From positions 57,757 to 121,756 of the forward strand of contig JBMNLX010000003.1 of assembly GCA_050953085.1 (NCBI GenBank): a stretch of DNA of 64,000 nt, given 5' to 3'. Origin of the DNA: Bacilli bacterium (GTDB taxonomy: Bacteria; Bacillota_I; Bacilli_A; ML615J-28; CAG-698). Of the stretch, positions 1 to 10,461 are shown piece after piece. The position numbers were made by a program, and so were the translations under genes. Every line of letters starts with the position of its first letter. Within the stretch, counting starts at the first letter, position 1. The notes beneath the pieces were generated by a model. The model was not told where the DNA came from and searched no databases. It saw only the letters and a program-made list of their open reading frames with translations.

Positions 1-266
1 GTCGGTTCGATGAGAATCGCGCTTTTTCCGTCCGTTACAAGTTGCGCTTCTTCTTCCCCGGCCCCGTTATCTTGCGCAGGGATGTCGATAAAAGAAAAAA
101 TAGCAAAAATCAGGCCGACGAGAATCGCGGAAAATATTCTCGTTATTTTCGTATTCACGTATATCACCGATTAATATTATTAGCGACCCCGGGAAAAAAG
201 AACATTTTTGTCAATTATTACATGAAAATTTTATTTTGATTTTACACATAATATATTCAGGAAATA

Positions 267-1106
267 ATGGAGGTTAACATGTCATTTGTTTACAATATAA
301 TCAATGGATTATCGAAACTTACAGCGAGTTACAAGCAGCCCTATCCCGATATTCACATGCTCGACTTTCGCATCGTCAATTCCTTTATTATCGGCAACGT
401 GCAAATGCGCAAATACGATTGGGTGATTGTTGACGCAGGCATCGACAGTTCCGGACGGATGATTGTGCGGACGGGGGAAAAACTATTCGGGACAATCGGC
501 GTCCCGAAAGCGGTCATCCTCACGCACGGTCATTTTGATCATATCGGCGGGATCGAAAAGATCTTAAGCCGTTGGAACGTACCCGTTTACGCCCACCCCG
601 ACGAAATTCCTTATTTAACCGGGGAAAAGCGATACCCGGAACCGAAACCCGATTCCGACGGATTGGTAGCGAAACTTTCGCCCTATTTTCCCGAGCGTTT
701 TATCGAAAACATCGTGCCGCTTCCTCCCGACGGTTACGTTCCCTTCATGCCGGAATGGCGGTGGATCCATACTCCCGGCCATACCGCGGGGCATATCGCC
801 TTATACCGGGAGTCGGACGGCGTCTTATTCGCGGGCGACACTTTCACGACCCTGAAACAGGAGTCGCTCTTTTCCGTAATCACGAAAAAAGAACAAATCA
901 GCGGTCCGCCCGCGTATCTTACTCCCGATTGGGAGAAAAGTCGGGAATCTATCCAAACTTTGCGCGACCTAAACCCAAAATACGCTTTGCCGAGCCACGG
1001 CAAACCATTGGAAGGGATATCGCTTCTTAAGCATCTCGACTTGCTTCTTATTAACTTACGAGAAACAGCCGCCGCGGACCAATACGAGGAGCAACCGCGC
1101 GCATGA
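267..1106 (+). CDS. MBL-fold metallo-hydrolase
   Basis: 279-aa ORF with the THGHFDHIGG metallo-beta-lactamase zinc-binding motif and a later HTPGHTAGH motif. Confidence 0.8.
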   Translation: MEVNMSFVYNIINGLSKLTASYKQPYPDIHMLDFRIVNSFIIGNVQMRKYDWVIVDAGIDSSGRMIVRTGEKLFGTIGVPKAVILTHGHFDHIGGIEKILSRWNVPVYAHPDEIPYLTGEKRYPEPKPDSDGLVAKLSPYFPERFIENIVPLPPDGYVPFMPEWRWIHTPGHTAGHIALYRESDGVLFAGDTFTTLKQESLFSVITKKEQISGPPAYLTPDWEKSRESIQTLRDLNPKYALPSHGKPLEGISLLKHLDLLLINLRETAAADQYEEQPRA

Positions 1107-1107
1107 A

Positions 1108-1134
1108 AAAAAGCCCGATTTGACGGGCCTTTTT
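1108..1134. terminator. Bidirectional Rho-independent terminator between the MBL hydrolase (+) and cotJC (-)
   Basis: aaaaaaaGCCCGatttgaCGGGCCtttttt: a GC stem with an A-run on one side and a T-run on the other. Confidence 0.5.
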
Positions 1135-1694
1135 TACGTTTCCTCCATGTTTTTATAACGCTCGTAAAGTTCTTTAAACATCGCGAAGTGCAAAAGTTCT
1201 CTCTCCCTCAGCCATAATAGCGGCTGGATTAAATCCTCGTCGTCAGCAAGGTCGATCAAGTTCTCGTATACCGCCCGCGCTTTTTGCTCGGCGGCCATAT
1301 TTTCCGACATGTCGGCGACGGGATCGCCGACGGCGCCGACGTAAGCGACGGTAAACGGGACGCCGAAATTATCAACCGGGAACAAATCAAATCCCCTTTG
1401 GCCATAATGCTTCCCGAGACCGGCTTCCTTGATTTCCTCGATCGATGCGCCGGCCATCAATTGATGGACCATCGTCGCCACCATTTCGACATGCGATAAT
1501 TCCTCGGTCCCGATGTCCGTAAGCAATGCGCGGCCGTGATCGTCGGGCATCGAGTATCTTTGATTGAGATAACGGAGCGCGGCCGCGAGTTCGCCGTCGG
1601 GGCCGCCGTACTGGGTGATAATCGTGTTCACCATTTTTAAATCGCGTTTCCGGACCTTCACCGGAAACATCAAGCGTTTTTCGTAACGAAACAT
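1134..1694 (-). CDS. cotJC: Spore coat protein CotJC (manganese catalase family)
   Basis: 186 aa. Catalase-family motifs (LLTDIGTEELSHVEMV, ferritin-like) and a size typical of CotJC. Sits directly downstream of a CotJB-like gene. Confidence 0.8.
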   Translation of the reverse strand: MFRYEKRLMFPVKVRKRDLKMVNTIITQYGGPDGELAAALRYLNQRYSMPDDHGRALLTDIGTEELSHVEMVATMVHQLMAGASIEEIKEAGLGKHYGQRGFDLFPVDNFGVPFTVAYVGAVGDPVADMSENMAAEQKARAVYENLIDLADDEDLIQPLLWLRERELLHFAMFKELYERYKNMEET

Positions 1695-1695
1695 T

Positions 1696-2208
1696 TTATG
1701 TCCCCCTAACCCATGGCCAACCGCCGACAGTCCAACTGAACGGGGCCGTTTTTAAGGCGTCTGATTCGGTCGTAATCGCTCCGAATCTTTCTTCGTAAGC
1801 GTCGCGGGCGCGCAAGTAGGCCTCCATAAACCCGTTATACAAGTTTATCGCCTCCTGGTCGTTCGGGAAATTATCGAGATACAACAGGATATCATGCGCC
1901 GCGAAAGCATACTTGTTTACTTCCTGCATCATCGCGGATTTCTCATCGGGCGGCGTCGGCAAACGCGGCGTGTAGTTTTTATACGGCCGATAGATGCCGC
2001 GAAACATCGTCCCTTTCACAAACCCCTCTTCCGGCGAGAAAACATTCAGCGTCGCGGTCGGGGGAGCCATTCCCGGCGACAGCGGCGGCTGCGCGCCTCC
2101 CTGCGGCGGGCGCGGAATGTGCGGATGCAAGGGCTGCGGGAATTTTGGCGGCATCGGTCCCGTCGGCGACTGACACCCGCCCGGACAGCCTTGATTGCGT
2201 GAATTCAT
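1696..2208 (-). CDS. cotJB: CotJA-CotJB fusion-like spore coat protein
   Basis: 170 aa. The C-terminal half carries a CotJB-like motif (AAHDILLYLDNFPNDQEAINLYN). The N-terminal half is proline-rich and has a CotJA-like GTMFRGIYRPY segment. A GGGAGG RBS lies upstream. The stop is 1 nt from the cotJC start. Confidence 0.6.
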   Translation of the reverse strand: MNSRNQGCPGGCQSPTGPMPPKFPQPLHPHIPRPPQGGAQPPLSPGMAPPTATLNVFSPEEGFVKGTMFRGIYRPYKNYTPRLPTPPDEKSAMMQEVNKYAFAAHDILLYLDNFPNDQEAINLYNGFMEAYLRARDAYEERFGAITTESDALKTAPFSWTVGGWPWVRGT

Positions 2209-2290
2209 TTAATGTAACCTCCCAAAAGTAGTTTATTCACGCCCGCCCGAAAAGTATGGGCATAAAAACCAAAACCCGAGTTTTACTAAA

Positions 2291-2320
2291 AAAAGCGTCT
2301 CTAAGCAAGACGCTTTTTTA
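2291..2320 (-). terminator. Rho-independent terminator downstream of the glycogen operon / GH13 gene
   Basis: aaaAGCGTCTctaagcaAGACGCTttttttat hairpin flanked by A- and T-runs. It lies immediately 3' of the minus-strand GH13 gene. Confidence 0.5.
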
Positions 2321-2383
2321 TCAACAAAATTTTTAACGGGGACGAGTTTATCGTCAACTATTCAGTAGTAACATGTTTAGTTA

Positions 2384-4288
2384 TCAACAGAATTTTTGAC
2401 AGCCCCTTTTTATATGCGTTTCCGCTCGGTTTAAGGCTAACGACGCGTCCTTCCCGGTTTTCACAATCCTCACAGTCCGCCCCGGCAAAACGATTTTTTC
2501 TTCCACCGGAAGCCCCGTCAAAAGGTCTAATCCGAACGAGAGAACAACGGCGACGTCATGACCGTTATTGTTCACGATGGTCGCGATTTTGTAATCGGAA
2601 GCAAGCCGGGAAAAAGCGAAAACGCCGTCATCCGCGATCTCCTCCCGGTAAACCCCTTCCCCGTATACGGGGTCGCGGCGAATCTCGCCCAGGCGGCGAT
2701 ACCAGTTATAGATTTCCGCGTCGACGCGGTTCCAGCTGAAAGTGTTCCGGCAGAAGGGGTCGCGGAAACCTTGCAAACCGATCTCGTCGCCGTAATAAAG
2801 CGAGGGAATTCCCGGGAGCGTGTACTGCATCGCGCTGGCCATCTTGAGCATCCTCACCGCGCCGTTATATTCCTCGTCGCGAAGGCGGTAATGGGCCTGC
2901 TGCGACCTCGAGAGCGCGTCCGGCGGTGAATAAGCGAAATTATTGATAAGACGCATCGTGTCGTGAGTCCCGAGATGGTTCATCAGGCAATCAAGAACAT
3001 GTTTCGGGTAATTGTTTATCAGCCGCCTGATCGTTGTTTTCAAGCCCGACAAGTTGCCATGCTTCAGATAATCGATAATCGCGTTTTTAAGCGGGTAGTT
3101 CATTACCGAGTCGACCTGATTCCCGGAAAGATATCGCCTTCGGCCGCCGTAGGAAACCTTGTTCGAGGCGTCTTCCCACACCTCTCCGATGACGATGTTT
3201 TCCGGATCGACCGCCTTAACGCGACGGTAAATCAAGTCAAGAAACCGATCGTTAAGCTCGTCGATAACGTCAAGACGAAAACCGGCGGCGCCGAGCCTTA
3301 GCCATTTGGCGATCACGCCGTCTTTGCCGGCGATAAACTCCAGCCACTCGGGATTGTCTTGATTCACGCTCGGCAGGGTATTTATCCCCCACCACGACTC
3401 GTACTCGTCGGGGTGGTTAATAAATTTGAACCAGGAAAAATAATGCGATTCAAGCGATTGATACGCCCCCAGGCCGGGGTAGCGGCCGTATTTATTGAAA
3501 TAGACGCTGTCGTCGCCGGTATGGTTGAAAACCCCGTCGAGGATGATCAAAATATCGCGCGCCCGCGCTTCCCGGCAGAGCTCGATAAAATCGTTCTCGT
3601 CGCCAAACATCGCGTCGATCTTTAAATAATCCCCCGTGTCGTATTTATGATTGCTCGCCGCCTCGAAAATCGGGTTCAGATAAATGATTCCGACCGAAAG
3701 CGACTTCAGGTAATCAAGTTTCGCGGTAACGCCGCTGAGGTTCCCGCCGAAAAAATCGTTGTTCAAGATTTTTCCGCGGACGGGCCGATATTCGGGAAGT
3801 TCGTTCCAATCGCGGTGAAAAACAACCCCGGGACGAATCGGCGTCTCGCGTCCCCGATAGAACCGGTCGACCATGATTTGATACATCGTCCGGCCCTTAA
3901 ACCGCGACAGCGAACCGGAAAATTCGCCGCAGACCGTGAGTTGCCAGCAATCGGGCGGACTATCGGTAAGGACGGCGTCAAGCTCATGCCCGGCGCCGAT
4001 ATAGTGCCGCCCGTACACGTCCGAAAACGAAAAACAATACCAATAAAGGCCGGCGGCGGGAATGCGAAAGACGGTCTGGTAATAACGATAGCCGCTCTCG
4101 CTTTCGGTCTGGTCAAGCGGTTTTTCGAAAGCCAAATCGCCGTCATCCCCGTAAACGCGGAGTTTCAGGTCGAAAAGCGAATACCGCTTGGTAATTTTTA
4201 CGGTGACGACGATGTCCTCGCCGCGCTTTACCGCGCCCACCGGGCGCTTGTGTTCCGGCAAACACGGGTTATACAAAATATCGCTCAT
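2384..4288 (-). CDS. GH13 alpha-glucosidase/cyclomaltodextrinase-neopullulanase-like enzyme
   Basis: 634 aa with the four GH13 conserved regions (ILDGVFNHTG, GFRLDVIDEL, GEVWE, MNHLGTHDTMR) and an N-terminal extra domain. It overlaps the glgP stop by 1 nt, so it is co-operonic. Confidence 0.75.
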   Translation of the reverse strand: MSDILYNPCLPEHKRPVGAVKRGEDIVVTVKITKRYSLFDLKLRVYGDDGDLAFEKPLDQTESESGYRYYQTVFRIPAAGLYWYCFSFSDVYGRHYIGAGHELDAVLTDSPPDCWQLTVCGEFSGSLSRFKGRTMYQIMVDRFYRGRETPIRPGVVFHRDWNELPEYRPVRGKILNNDFFGGNLSGVTAKLDYLKSLSVGIIYLNPIFEAASNHKYDTGDYLKIDAMFGDENDFIELCREARARDILIILDGVFNHTGDDSVYFNKYGRYPGLGAYQSLESHYFSWFKFINHPDEYESWWGINTLPSVNQDNPEWLEFIAGKDGVIAKWLRLGAAGFRLDVIDELNDRFLDLIYRRVKAVDPENIVIGEVWEDASNKVSYGGRRRYLSGNQVDSVMNYPLKNAIIDYLKHGNLSGLKTTIRRLINNYPKHVLDCLMNHLGTHDTMRLINNFAYSPPDALSRSQQAHYRLRDEEYNGAVRMLKMASAMQYTLPGIPSLYYGDEIGLQGFRDPFCRNTFSWNRVDAEIYNWYRRLGEIRRDPVYGEGVYREEIADDGVFAFSRLASDYKIATIVNNNGHDVAVVLSFGLDLLTGLPVEEKIVLPGRTVRIVKTGKDASLALNRAETHIKRGCQKFC

Positions 4289-6699
4289 TATTTAACACTC
4301 TTTAAACGCCAGATATTTTTCGCGTACTCGGCGACGCTGCGGTCGGCGGAAAAGATACCCGCTTTCGCAATGTTTTCGAGCGCCATCTGATTCCATCTCC
4401 TCTTATCCTGGTAAACGCGGTCCATTTCCCGGTAGACGTCGATATAAGAATGAAAATCGGCAAGACACATATAGGGGTCGGATACCGGGTAGTTGTGAAG
4501 CAGATAGCGGGTAATGTTATCGAAAGACTTGCCGTTAAAACCGCAGTTCAGCCGGTCGATGACCTTCATGATTTGCGGGGAATTGACGTAATACTCGCTC
4601 GCGTTGTATCCGCGCTGCCACAAGGCCTCGACTTCGTCGGCTTTCATCCCGAAAAGAAAGATGTTTTCGGGGCCGACTTCCTGATAAATCTCGACGTTCG
4701 CGCCGTCGAGGGTGCCGAAGGTCAAGGCGCCGTTAATCATGAATTTCATGTTCCCGGTCCCGCTCGCCTCTTTGCCGGCGAGCGATATTTGCTCGCTCAC
4801 CTCGGCGGCCGGTATTAATATCTCCGCGACCGACACGTTATAATCCTCGACGTATACGACGTTTAGTTTTTCGCGGATATAGGAATTCTTGTCTATCTCC
4901 GCGGCGATATAATTGATGAGCTCGATAATTTCCTTAGCCGCAAAATACCCGGGAGCGGCCTTTCCGCCGAAAATATAGGTCTGCGGCGTTACCGACATGT
5001 TCGGGTTTTCCTCAAGTTCCGTTAAAAGCAAGATTATTTTTAGAGCGTTTAAAAGCTGCCGCTTATATTCGTGAATTCTCTTAATGTGGACGTCAAAACG
5101 CGTTTTCGGGTCGATTACGATCCCGTGCTTGCGGTAAAGGTACTTCGCGAGCCGGCACTTGTTTTGATATTTAATGTTCTCAAGCCGCGAAAGCGCCGCG
5201 CCGTCATCGCGATAACGTAAAAGATTTTTGAGTTCGGAAGCGTCGCGATAATAATCGCGGCCGATAAGTTCGTCCAAAAACTCCGCGAGCAGGGGATTGG
5301 ACTGGTTCAGCCAACGCCGGTAAGTGATACCGTTGGTAACGTTCGTAAACTTTTCCGGCGACAGCAGATAGAAACTTCGAAACACTTTTTCTTTTATGAT
5401 ATCGCTATGCAGTTTGGAAACGCCGTTTACCGCGTGCGAGGCGGCGACGGAAAGATTCGCCATCCGAATATGATTATCGGCGAAAATCGAGATTTCCCCC
5501 AGGCGGCCGTTGTCGAAGCCGTGGCAGCGGGCTTCGTTTAAGAACTTCTCGTTAATCTGCCTGAGGATTAGATAGATCCGCGGCAGTTTGCGGGCGATTA
5601 AGTCCTCGGCCCAACTTTCGAGCGCTTCCGCCATTACCGTGTGATTGGTATAAGCAATCACCTTGCGCGTGATGTCCCAGGCCTCGTCAAAATCGAGTTG
5701 GTGATCGTCGATCAAAATTCTGATAAGTTCCGGGACGCATAACGCCGGATGGGTGTCGTTAATATGGATCGCCACGTGCTTCGGCAAAGTCCTCACGTCG
5801 CCGTAATAGCGGATATGGTCGCGGACAATCGTCTGGACCGAGGCGCTCACGAGGAAATATTGTTGTTTCAGGCGGAGAGTCTTGCCCTGGTAATGATCGT
5901 CGGTCGGATACAAAACCTTGGTGATTAGTTCCGCCTTGTTGTATTCCTGCATCGCTTTCGTGTAGTCGCCCTGGGAAAACAGGCCGATATCGAATTTTTT
6001 GACGTTTGTGCTCCGCCATAATCGCAAAACGCTGATGGCCTCGCTCCCCGCGCCGGAAATCATCATATCGTAGGGCACCGCCTCGACTTCCCGGTAATCG
6101 CGGTGTTCGTAAACGACGCGGCCGTTGATCGTTTTTTCCTCGACGACGCCGTCGAAGCGGACGATACAGCCTTTATCCTCGCGCGGCGTGAGCCAAACCT
6201 CGCCGACGGGAAGCCAAACGTCCGGCAGTTCCGTCTGCCAGCCGTTAATGATTTTCTGTTTAAATAGGCCGTATTCGTAACGCAGGGAAAACCCCATCGC
6301 CGGGTAACCGCCGGTCGCGAGGGCGTCAAGATAAGCGGCCGCCAGGCGGCCCAGACCGCCGTTTCCAAGCCCGGCGTCGGGCTCGTATTCGTATAAGTCC
6401 TCGAGGCTATACCCCAAGGGTTTAAGCAGCTCCTGAAATTCTTTTACGAGTCCCAAATTATGAATATGGTTTTTTAACGATTTTCCGACCAAAAACTCCA
6501 TGCATAAATAATAGACGCGCCGGCCTTTTTGTTCCTTGACTTTGGCATTGTAATTGCGTCTGAGCGACCTTAAAATATCGTTGACGGCGGTCGCGCAGGC
6601 GCGGAATAACTGGTCGATATCGGCGTCTTGCAATTGAATGCCGTAGGTTTTTGCTAGAAAATCGTCAACCATTTCATTTATATTATGTCTAGTCATCAT
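4288..6699 (-). CDS. glgP: Glycogen phosphorylase
   Basis: 803 aa with the pyridoxal-phosphate motif EASGTGNMKFMINGALT and GT35-family conservation throughout. Confidence 0.9.
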   Translation of the reverse strand: MMTRHNINEMVDDFLAKTYGIQLQDADIDQLFRACATAVNDILRSLRRNYNAKVKEQKGRRVYYLCMEFLVGKSLKNHIHNLGLVKEFQELLKPLGYSLEDLYEYEPDAGLGNGGLGRLAAAYLDALATGGYPAMGFSLRYEYGLFKQKIINGWQTELPDVWLPVGEVWLTPREDKGCIVRFDGVVEEKTINGRVVYEHRDYREVEAVPYDMMISGAGSEAISVLRLWRSTNVKKFDIGLFSQGDYTKAMQEYNKAELITKVLYPTDDHYQGKTLRLKQQYFLVSASVQTIVRDHIRYYGDVRTLPKHVAIHINDTHPALCVPELIRILIDDHQLDFDEAWDITRKVIAYTNHTVMAEALESWAEDLIARKLPRIYLILRQINEKFLNEARCHGFDNGRLGEISIFADNHIRMANLSVAASHAVNGVSKLHSDIIKEKVFRSFYLLSPEKFTNVTNGITYRRWLNQSNPLLAEFLDELIGRDYYRDASELKNLLRYRDDGAALSRLENIKYQNKCRLAKYLYRKHGIVIDPKTRFDVHIKRIHEYKRQLLNALKIILLLTELEENPNMSVTPQTYIFGGKAAPGYFAAKEIIELINYIAAEIDKNSYIREKLNVVYVEDYNVSVAEILIPAAEVSEQISLAGKEASGTGNMKFMINGALTFGTLDGANVEIYQEVGPENIFLFGMKADEVEALWQRGYNASEYYVNSPQIMKVIDRLNCGFNGKSFDNITRYLLHNYPVSDPYMCLADFHSYIDVYREMDRVYQDKRRWNQMALENIAKAGIFSADRSVAEYAKNIWRLKSVK

Positions 6700-6715
6700 G
6701 TCTCCTTAAGCAAAA

Positions 6716-8155
6716 TTACTTGGTCTTTAACAGTTCCTTATATAACTCCAAATAAGACTTGGCCGATACGTTCCAGCTGAAGTCCCGTCTCATAATCCGT
6801 TTCGCGAGTTCCGCGTGTTTTTCCCGGTCCCGGTATAACCGGAGCGCCTCGCGGATCGCGGCCGTCATTTCGACGCCGCTATACTCGCGGAATACAAAAC
6901 CGCCGCCTTCTTCCCCGTCATAGGGTTTGATCGTGTCGTACAGGCCGCCGACGGCCCGGACGATCGGAATCGTCCCGTAACGGCTCGCGATCATCTGGCT
7001 TAATCCGCAGGGTTCCGCTTTCGAGGGCATCAACAGGAAATCGGCGCTCCCGTAGATTTTTTTCGAAAGGTTGATGTCAAACGTGATTAAAGTGCTCACC
7101 CTTCCCGGGTAACGGTTCATGAATTCCCGGAAGCGGTCCTGATAATATTCGTCCCCGCGGCCCAAAATGACCATCTGAACGTCTTCTTTCATAATCTCGT
7201 CGAACTGCTCGACCACAAGATCAAGCCCTTTGTGCGCGACGAGACGGCTAATGATGCAAATAAGCGGGGTGTCGGAATCGGAAGCGAGTTTAAGACTTTC
7301 CCGCAGCGCCTGCTTGTTTTCCGCCTTCCGTTCGAAAGTCTCGGCGGTATAGTTGGCCGCGAAATTCTTATCGGTTTCCGGGTTATAAAAATCAACGTCA
7401 ATGCCGTTGATGATGCCGGTGATTTTTTTATTATGCAGGCGGGTGATGTTTTCCAAGCCGTGGGCGTAATAAGCGGTCGTGATCTCCCGGGCATAGCGCG
7501 GGCTCACGGTCGTGACCGCGTCGCTGCAGACGATCGCGCCCTTAAGCAAATTAATCAACCCGTTATATTCAATTATTTCACAATACGTCGAATCAATGCC
7601 TAAAACATCGTCGGAAAACGGGAGATCGAAAATCCCCTGGTATTGGATATTATGAATCGTAAAAACCGATTTTATGTCAGTAAAGCGCCCGTTTTTCTTG
7701 TGCAGGATGTCAAGATAAATATTAGCCAGCGCCGCGTGCCAATCATGGGCGTGAATAATATCCGGAACAAAGCCGATAATCGGAAAAACGTCGAAAATGC
7801 TTTTTGAGAAAAAAGCAAAGCGCTCGCCGTCGTCATAATGGCCGTAAATCTCGTCACGGTCAAAGTAATATTTGTTATCGATAAAATAATAATCGACCTT
7901 GTCAAGCTTAAGCGTATAGACCCCGCAATAGAGATTGCGCCAGGCGAGAGCGACGGTCGTCGAGCCCAGGAATTTCAACTTTTTCCCGTATTTATCGATA
8001 ATCGCCTTATATAAAGGCATGATAACCCGGACTTTATAGGCGCGCGTCAAACCGTTAACGGCTTTCGGCAGGCTGCCGGCGACTTCCGCGAGTCCGCCCG
8101 TCTGGGCAAAGTTTTGGCATTCAGCCACAACAAACAAAACTTGTTTTTGTTTCAT
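6716..8155 (-). CDS. glgA: Glycogen synthase (ADP-glucose type)
   Basis: 479 aa. The N-terminal KxGGL-like AQTGGLAEVAGSLPKA motif is characteristic of bacterial GlgA. GT5/GT1 fold. Confidence 0.9.
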   Translation of the reverse strand: MKQKQVLFVVAECQNFAQTGGLAEVAGSLPKAVNGLTRAYKVRVIMPLYKAIIDKYGKKLKFLGSTTVALAWRNLYCGVYTLKLDKVDYYFIDNKYYFDRDEIYGHYDDGERFAFFSKSIFDVFPIIGFVPDIIHAHDWHAALANIYLDILHKKNGRFTDIKSVFTIHNIQYQGIFDLPFSDDVLGIDSTYCEIIEYNGLINLLKGAIVCSDAVTTVSPRYAREITTAYYAHGLENITRLHNKKITGIINGIDVDFYNPETDKNFAANYTAETFERKAENKQALRESLKLASDSDTPLICIISRLVAHKGLDLVVEQFDEIMKEDVQMVILGRGDEYYQDRFREFMNRYPGRVSTLITFDINLSKKIYGSADFLLMPSKAEPCGLSQMIASRYGTIPIVRAVGGLYDTIKPYDGEEGGGFVFREYSGVEMTAAIREALRLYRDREKHAELAKRIMRRDFSWNVSAKSYLELYKELLKTK

Positions 8156-9264
8156 ACGACACCATCTTTCACGATGTAAGCCAACCGGTTCTCATCGCCG
8201 ATTATTTCTTTTTTGTTGATAATTTTCACGTTTTTGTCGGTTATCACGTGATCAAGGACGGCCCCGTCCGCAACATATGTATTTTGCATCAATATCGAGT
8301 TTTTTACAACCGCGTTTTTGCCGATTTTCGCGCCGCGAAAGATTACTGAGTTCTCGACCCGGCCCTCGATCTCGCAACCGTCGGCGACGAGCGAATTCGT
8401 GATCTCGGCGGCGACGCCGTATTTTGTCGGGGCGGAATCGTGCACTTTAGTATAGATTGGTCGGCGCGGCTGCTGGAACAGTTCCGCCCGCACTTTCGGA
8501 TCCAAAAGTTTCATATTGATTTTATAATAACTGTCAAGCGAGCTAATGTTCCCGAAATAGCCGTCAAAACGGTAGCCGTAGACCTTGAGGACGTCAAGAT
8601 TATGACTGATGATGTCGCGGTTGAAACTGCGGAGATTGCGGTTGATCGCGTCAAGAACGAGCGACTGGAGAAGAGATTTTTTCATCACCCATGTATCGGC
8701 CGACACCTTGGCGTGACCGGCAAAAGTTTGATAAATCGACATATTGGTAATCCGGCCGTCGTCGTCAAGGGTAAGGACGTTCACCGGCATGTAATCGTCC
8801 GGAGTGACGTCGCACTCGCGATAGACGAAAGTTATGTCGGCGCCGGTCGCGAAATGCTGGTTGAAGATGTCGCGGTAATCAAGATTCGCGACGGCGTAGC
8901 AGTCGGTCAGGACGACATAGTCGGCGCGCGAGGAATTAATAAAGCTGATAATGCTTTTTAACGCCTCGAGCCGGGTGTTGTAAAAGTCGGCGCTGACGCC
9001 GAACGGGGGGAGGATTACGATTCCGCCGTTTTTCCGGGCCAAATCCCAGTCCTTCCCGGAACCGATATGGTCCATCAGCGACTGGTAATTATGCTTGGTG
9101 ACGATGCCGATGCGGGTGATATTATAATTCACCATATTGGACAACGCGAAATCAATCAAGCGGTAACGGCCGCCGATCGGCGTTGAAGCAATCGTCCGCC
9201 GGCGCGTGACTTCGAACAATTCCTTGTTGTGGATATTGGAAAATATCAAACCGAGTATATTCAT
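8152..9264 (-). CDS. glgD: Glucose-1-phosphate adenylyltransferase regulatory subunit GlgD
   Basis: 370-aa nucleotidyltransferase-like protein between glgC and glgA, the Firmicutes glgBCDAP arrangement. It has a left-handed beta-helix C-terminus but lacks full catalytic conservation. Confidence 0.8.
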   Translation of the reverse strand: MNILGLIFSNIHNKELFEVTRRRTIASTPIGGRYRLIDFALSNMVNYNITRIGIVTKHNYQSLMDHIGSGKDWDLARKNGGIVILPPFGVSADFYNTRLEALKSIISFINSSRADYVVLTDCYAVANLDYRDIFNQHFATGADITFVYRECDVTPDDYMPVNVLTLDDDGRITNMSIYQTFAGHAKVSADTWVMKKSLLQSLVLDAINRNLRSFNRDIISHNLDVLKVYGYRFDGYFGNISSLDSYYKINMKLLDPKVRAELFQQPRRPIYTKVHDSAPTKYGVAAEITNSLVADGCEIEGRVENSVIFRGAKIGKNAVVKNSILMQNTYVADGAVLDHVITDKNVKIINKKEIIGDENRLAYIVKDGVV

Positions 9265-9265
9265 C

Positions 9266-10459
9266 TTACAGCACGAGATCCTTTTCTATTATTTCCCCCG
9301 CCGGTACGGTCATGTCCTCGCCGATCGTGACGTTGTGAGCGACGAGCGTAATCGGCGCGTTCTCCCCTCTTTCCGCGCCGACGACGGCGTTCTTTTTAAT
9401 CGTCACGTTCTCGTCGATGATCGCGTAATTAACGGTCGCCCCCGCTTCAACCGCGGTGTTTGCGAAAATTATTGTGTCCTTGACGACCGCGCCTTTTTCG
9501 ACGCGCACGTTGTTGGAAAGCAGCGAATCAATAACCGTTCCCTCGATATAACAACCCTCGGTAATAATCGAGTTCTCAATTTTGGCCCCGTCCGCGATAA
9601 ACTGGGGCGGTAAGGCGAAATTGCGCGAGTAGATCCGCCAGTCGGGGTCATAAAGGTTGAAGGCGGGATTTTCGCCCAACAAGTCGGCGTTCGCTTCCCA
9701 AAGGCTCGCGACCGTACCGACGTCCTTCCAATACCCGTTGAATTCGTACGCGTAGACGGCTTCGCCTTCTTCCACCATCCTCGGGATGATGTTCTTCCCG
9801 AAATCGTGGGCGGAAAAAAGATTGGCCTCGTCTTCTTCCAAGTGACGGTACAGGACGGCTGCGTCGAAAATGTAGATTCCCATCGACGCTCTCGTGCTTT
9901 TCGGGTTTTTCGGTTTCTCCTCAAAACTAATTACCCGGCCGACCTCGTCGGTGTTCATAATTCCGAAGCGGCTCGCTTCCGATAGCGGGACATTGATGAC
10001 CGCGATCGTCAGGGCGGCGTCGTTTTGCTTATGAAAGCGAAGCATTTTCCCGTAATCCATTTTATAAATATGGTCGCCGGACAAAACCAAAACATATTCG
10101 GGATCGTAACGTTTCAAAAAGTGGATATTCTGATAAATCGCGTTGGCCGTGCCCCGATACCAATCGATTTTGTTTTTTCCCTGGTACGGCGGTAAAATAT
10201 GAACGCCGCCGAAATTTCGGTCCAAATCCCAAGGCTTGCCGTTGCCGATATACTCGTTTAAAATCAGCGGCTGGTACTGGGTAAGGACGCCGACGGTGTC
10301 GATTCCCGAGTTGACGCAATTGGAAAGCGGAAAATCGATAATTCGGTATTTTGCCCCGAACGTGACGGCCGGTTTCGCCAACCGATCGGTAAGGGCGTGC
10401 AACCGGCTTCCCTGACCCCCGGCCAAAATCATGGCGACGCATTCTTTTTTTCTTATCAT
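9266..10459 (-). CDS. glgC: Glucose-1-phosphate adenylyltransferase
   Basis: 397 aa with the N-terminal [10 protein letters not shown] motif and an ADP-glucose pyrophosphorylase fold. Confidence 0.9.
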   Translation of the reverse strand: MIRKKECVAMILAGGQGSRLHALTDRLAKPAVTFGAKYRIIDFPLSNCVNSGIDTVGVLTQYQPLILNEYIGNGKPWDLDRNFGGVHILPPYQGKNKIDWYRGTANAIYQNIHFLKRYDPEYVLVLSGDHIYKMDYGKMLRFHKQNDAALTIAVINVPLSEASRFGIMNTDEVGRVISFEEKPKNPKSTRASMGIYIFDAAVLYRHLEEDEANLFSAHDFGKNIIPRMVEEGEAVYAYEFNGYWKDVGTVASLWEANADLLGENPAFNLYDPDWRIYSRNFALPPQFIADGAKIENSIITEGCYIEGTVIDSLLSNNVRVEKGAVVKDTIIFANTAVEAGATVNYAIIDENVTIKKNAVVGAERGENAPITLVAHNVTIGEDMTVPAGEIIEKDLVL

Positions 10460-10461
10460 AT

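Noticed and set aside
572-1030. Numerous 60 to 410-aa ORFs on the strand opposite to, or out of frame within, well-supported genes. Examples: 572..1030, 3647..4390, 10957..11589, 51165..52397, 55860..56321.
   Set aside because: They lie entirely inside strongly conserved genes (MBL hydrolase, GH13, glgB, rpoBC) and have arginine/proline-rich low-complexity translations. This is typical of spurious antisense ORFs in moderately GC-rich DNA.
2209-2290. Possible sigma-E-type promoter (CATACTTT -10-like element) upstream of the cotJ operon.
   Set aside because: The -10-like element is present but no convincing ATATT-type -35 lies at the right spacing. I could not support it from sequence alone.
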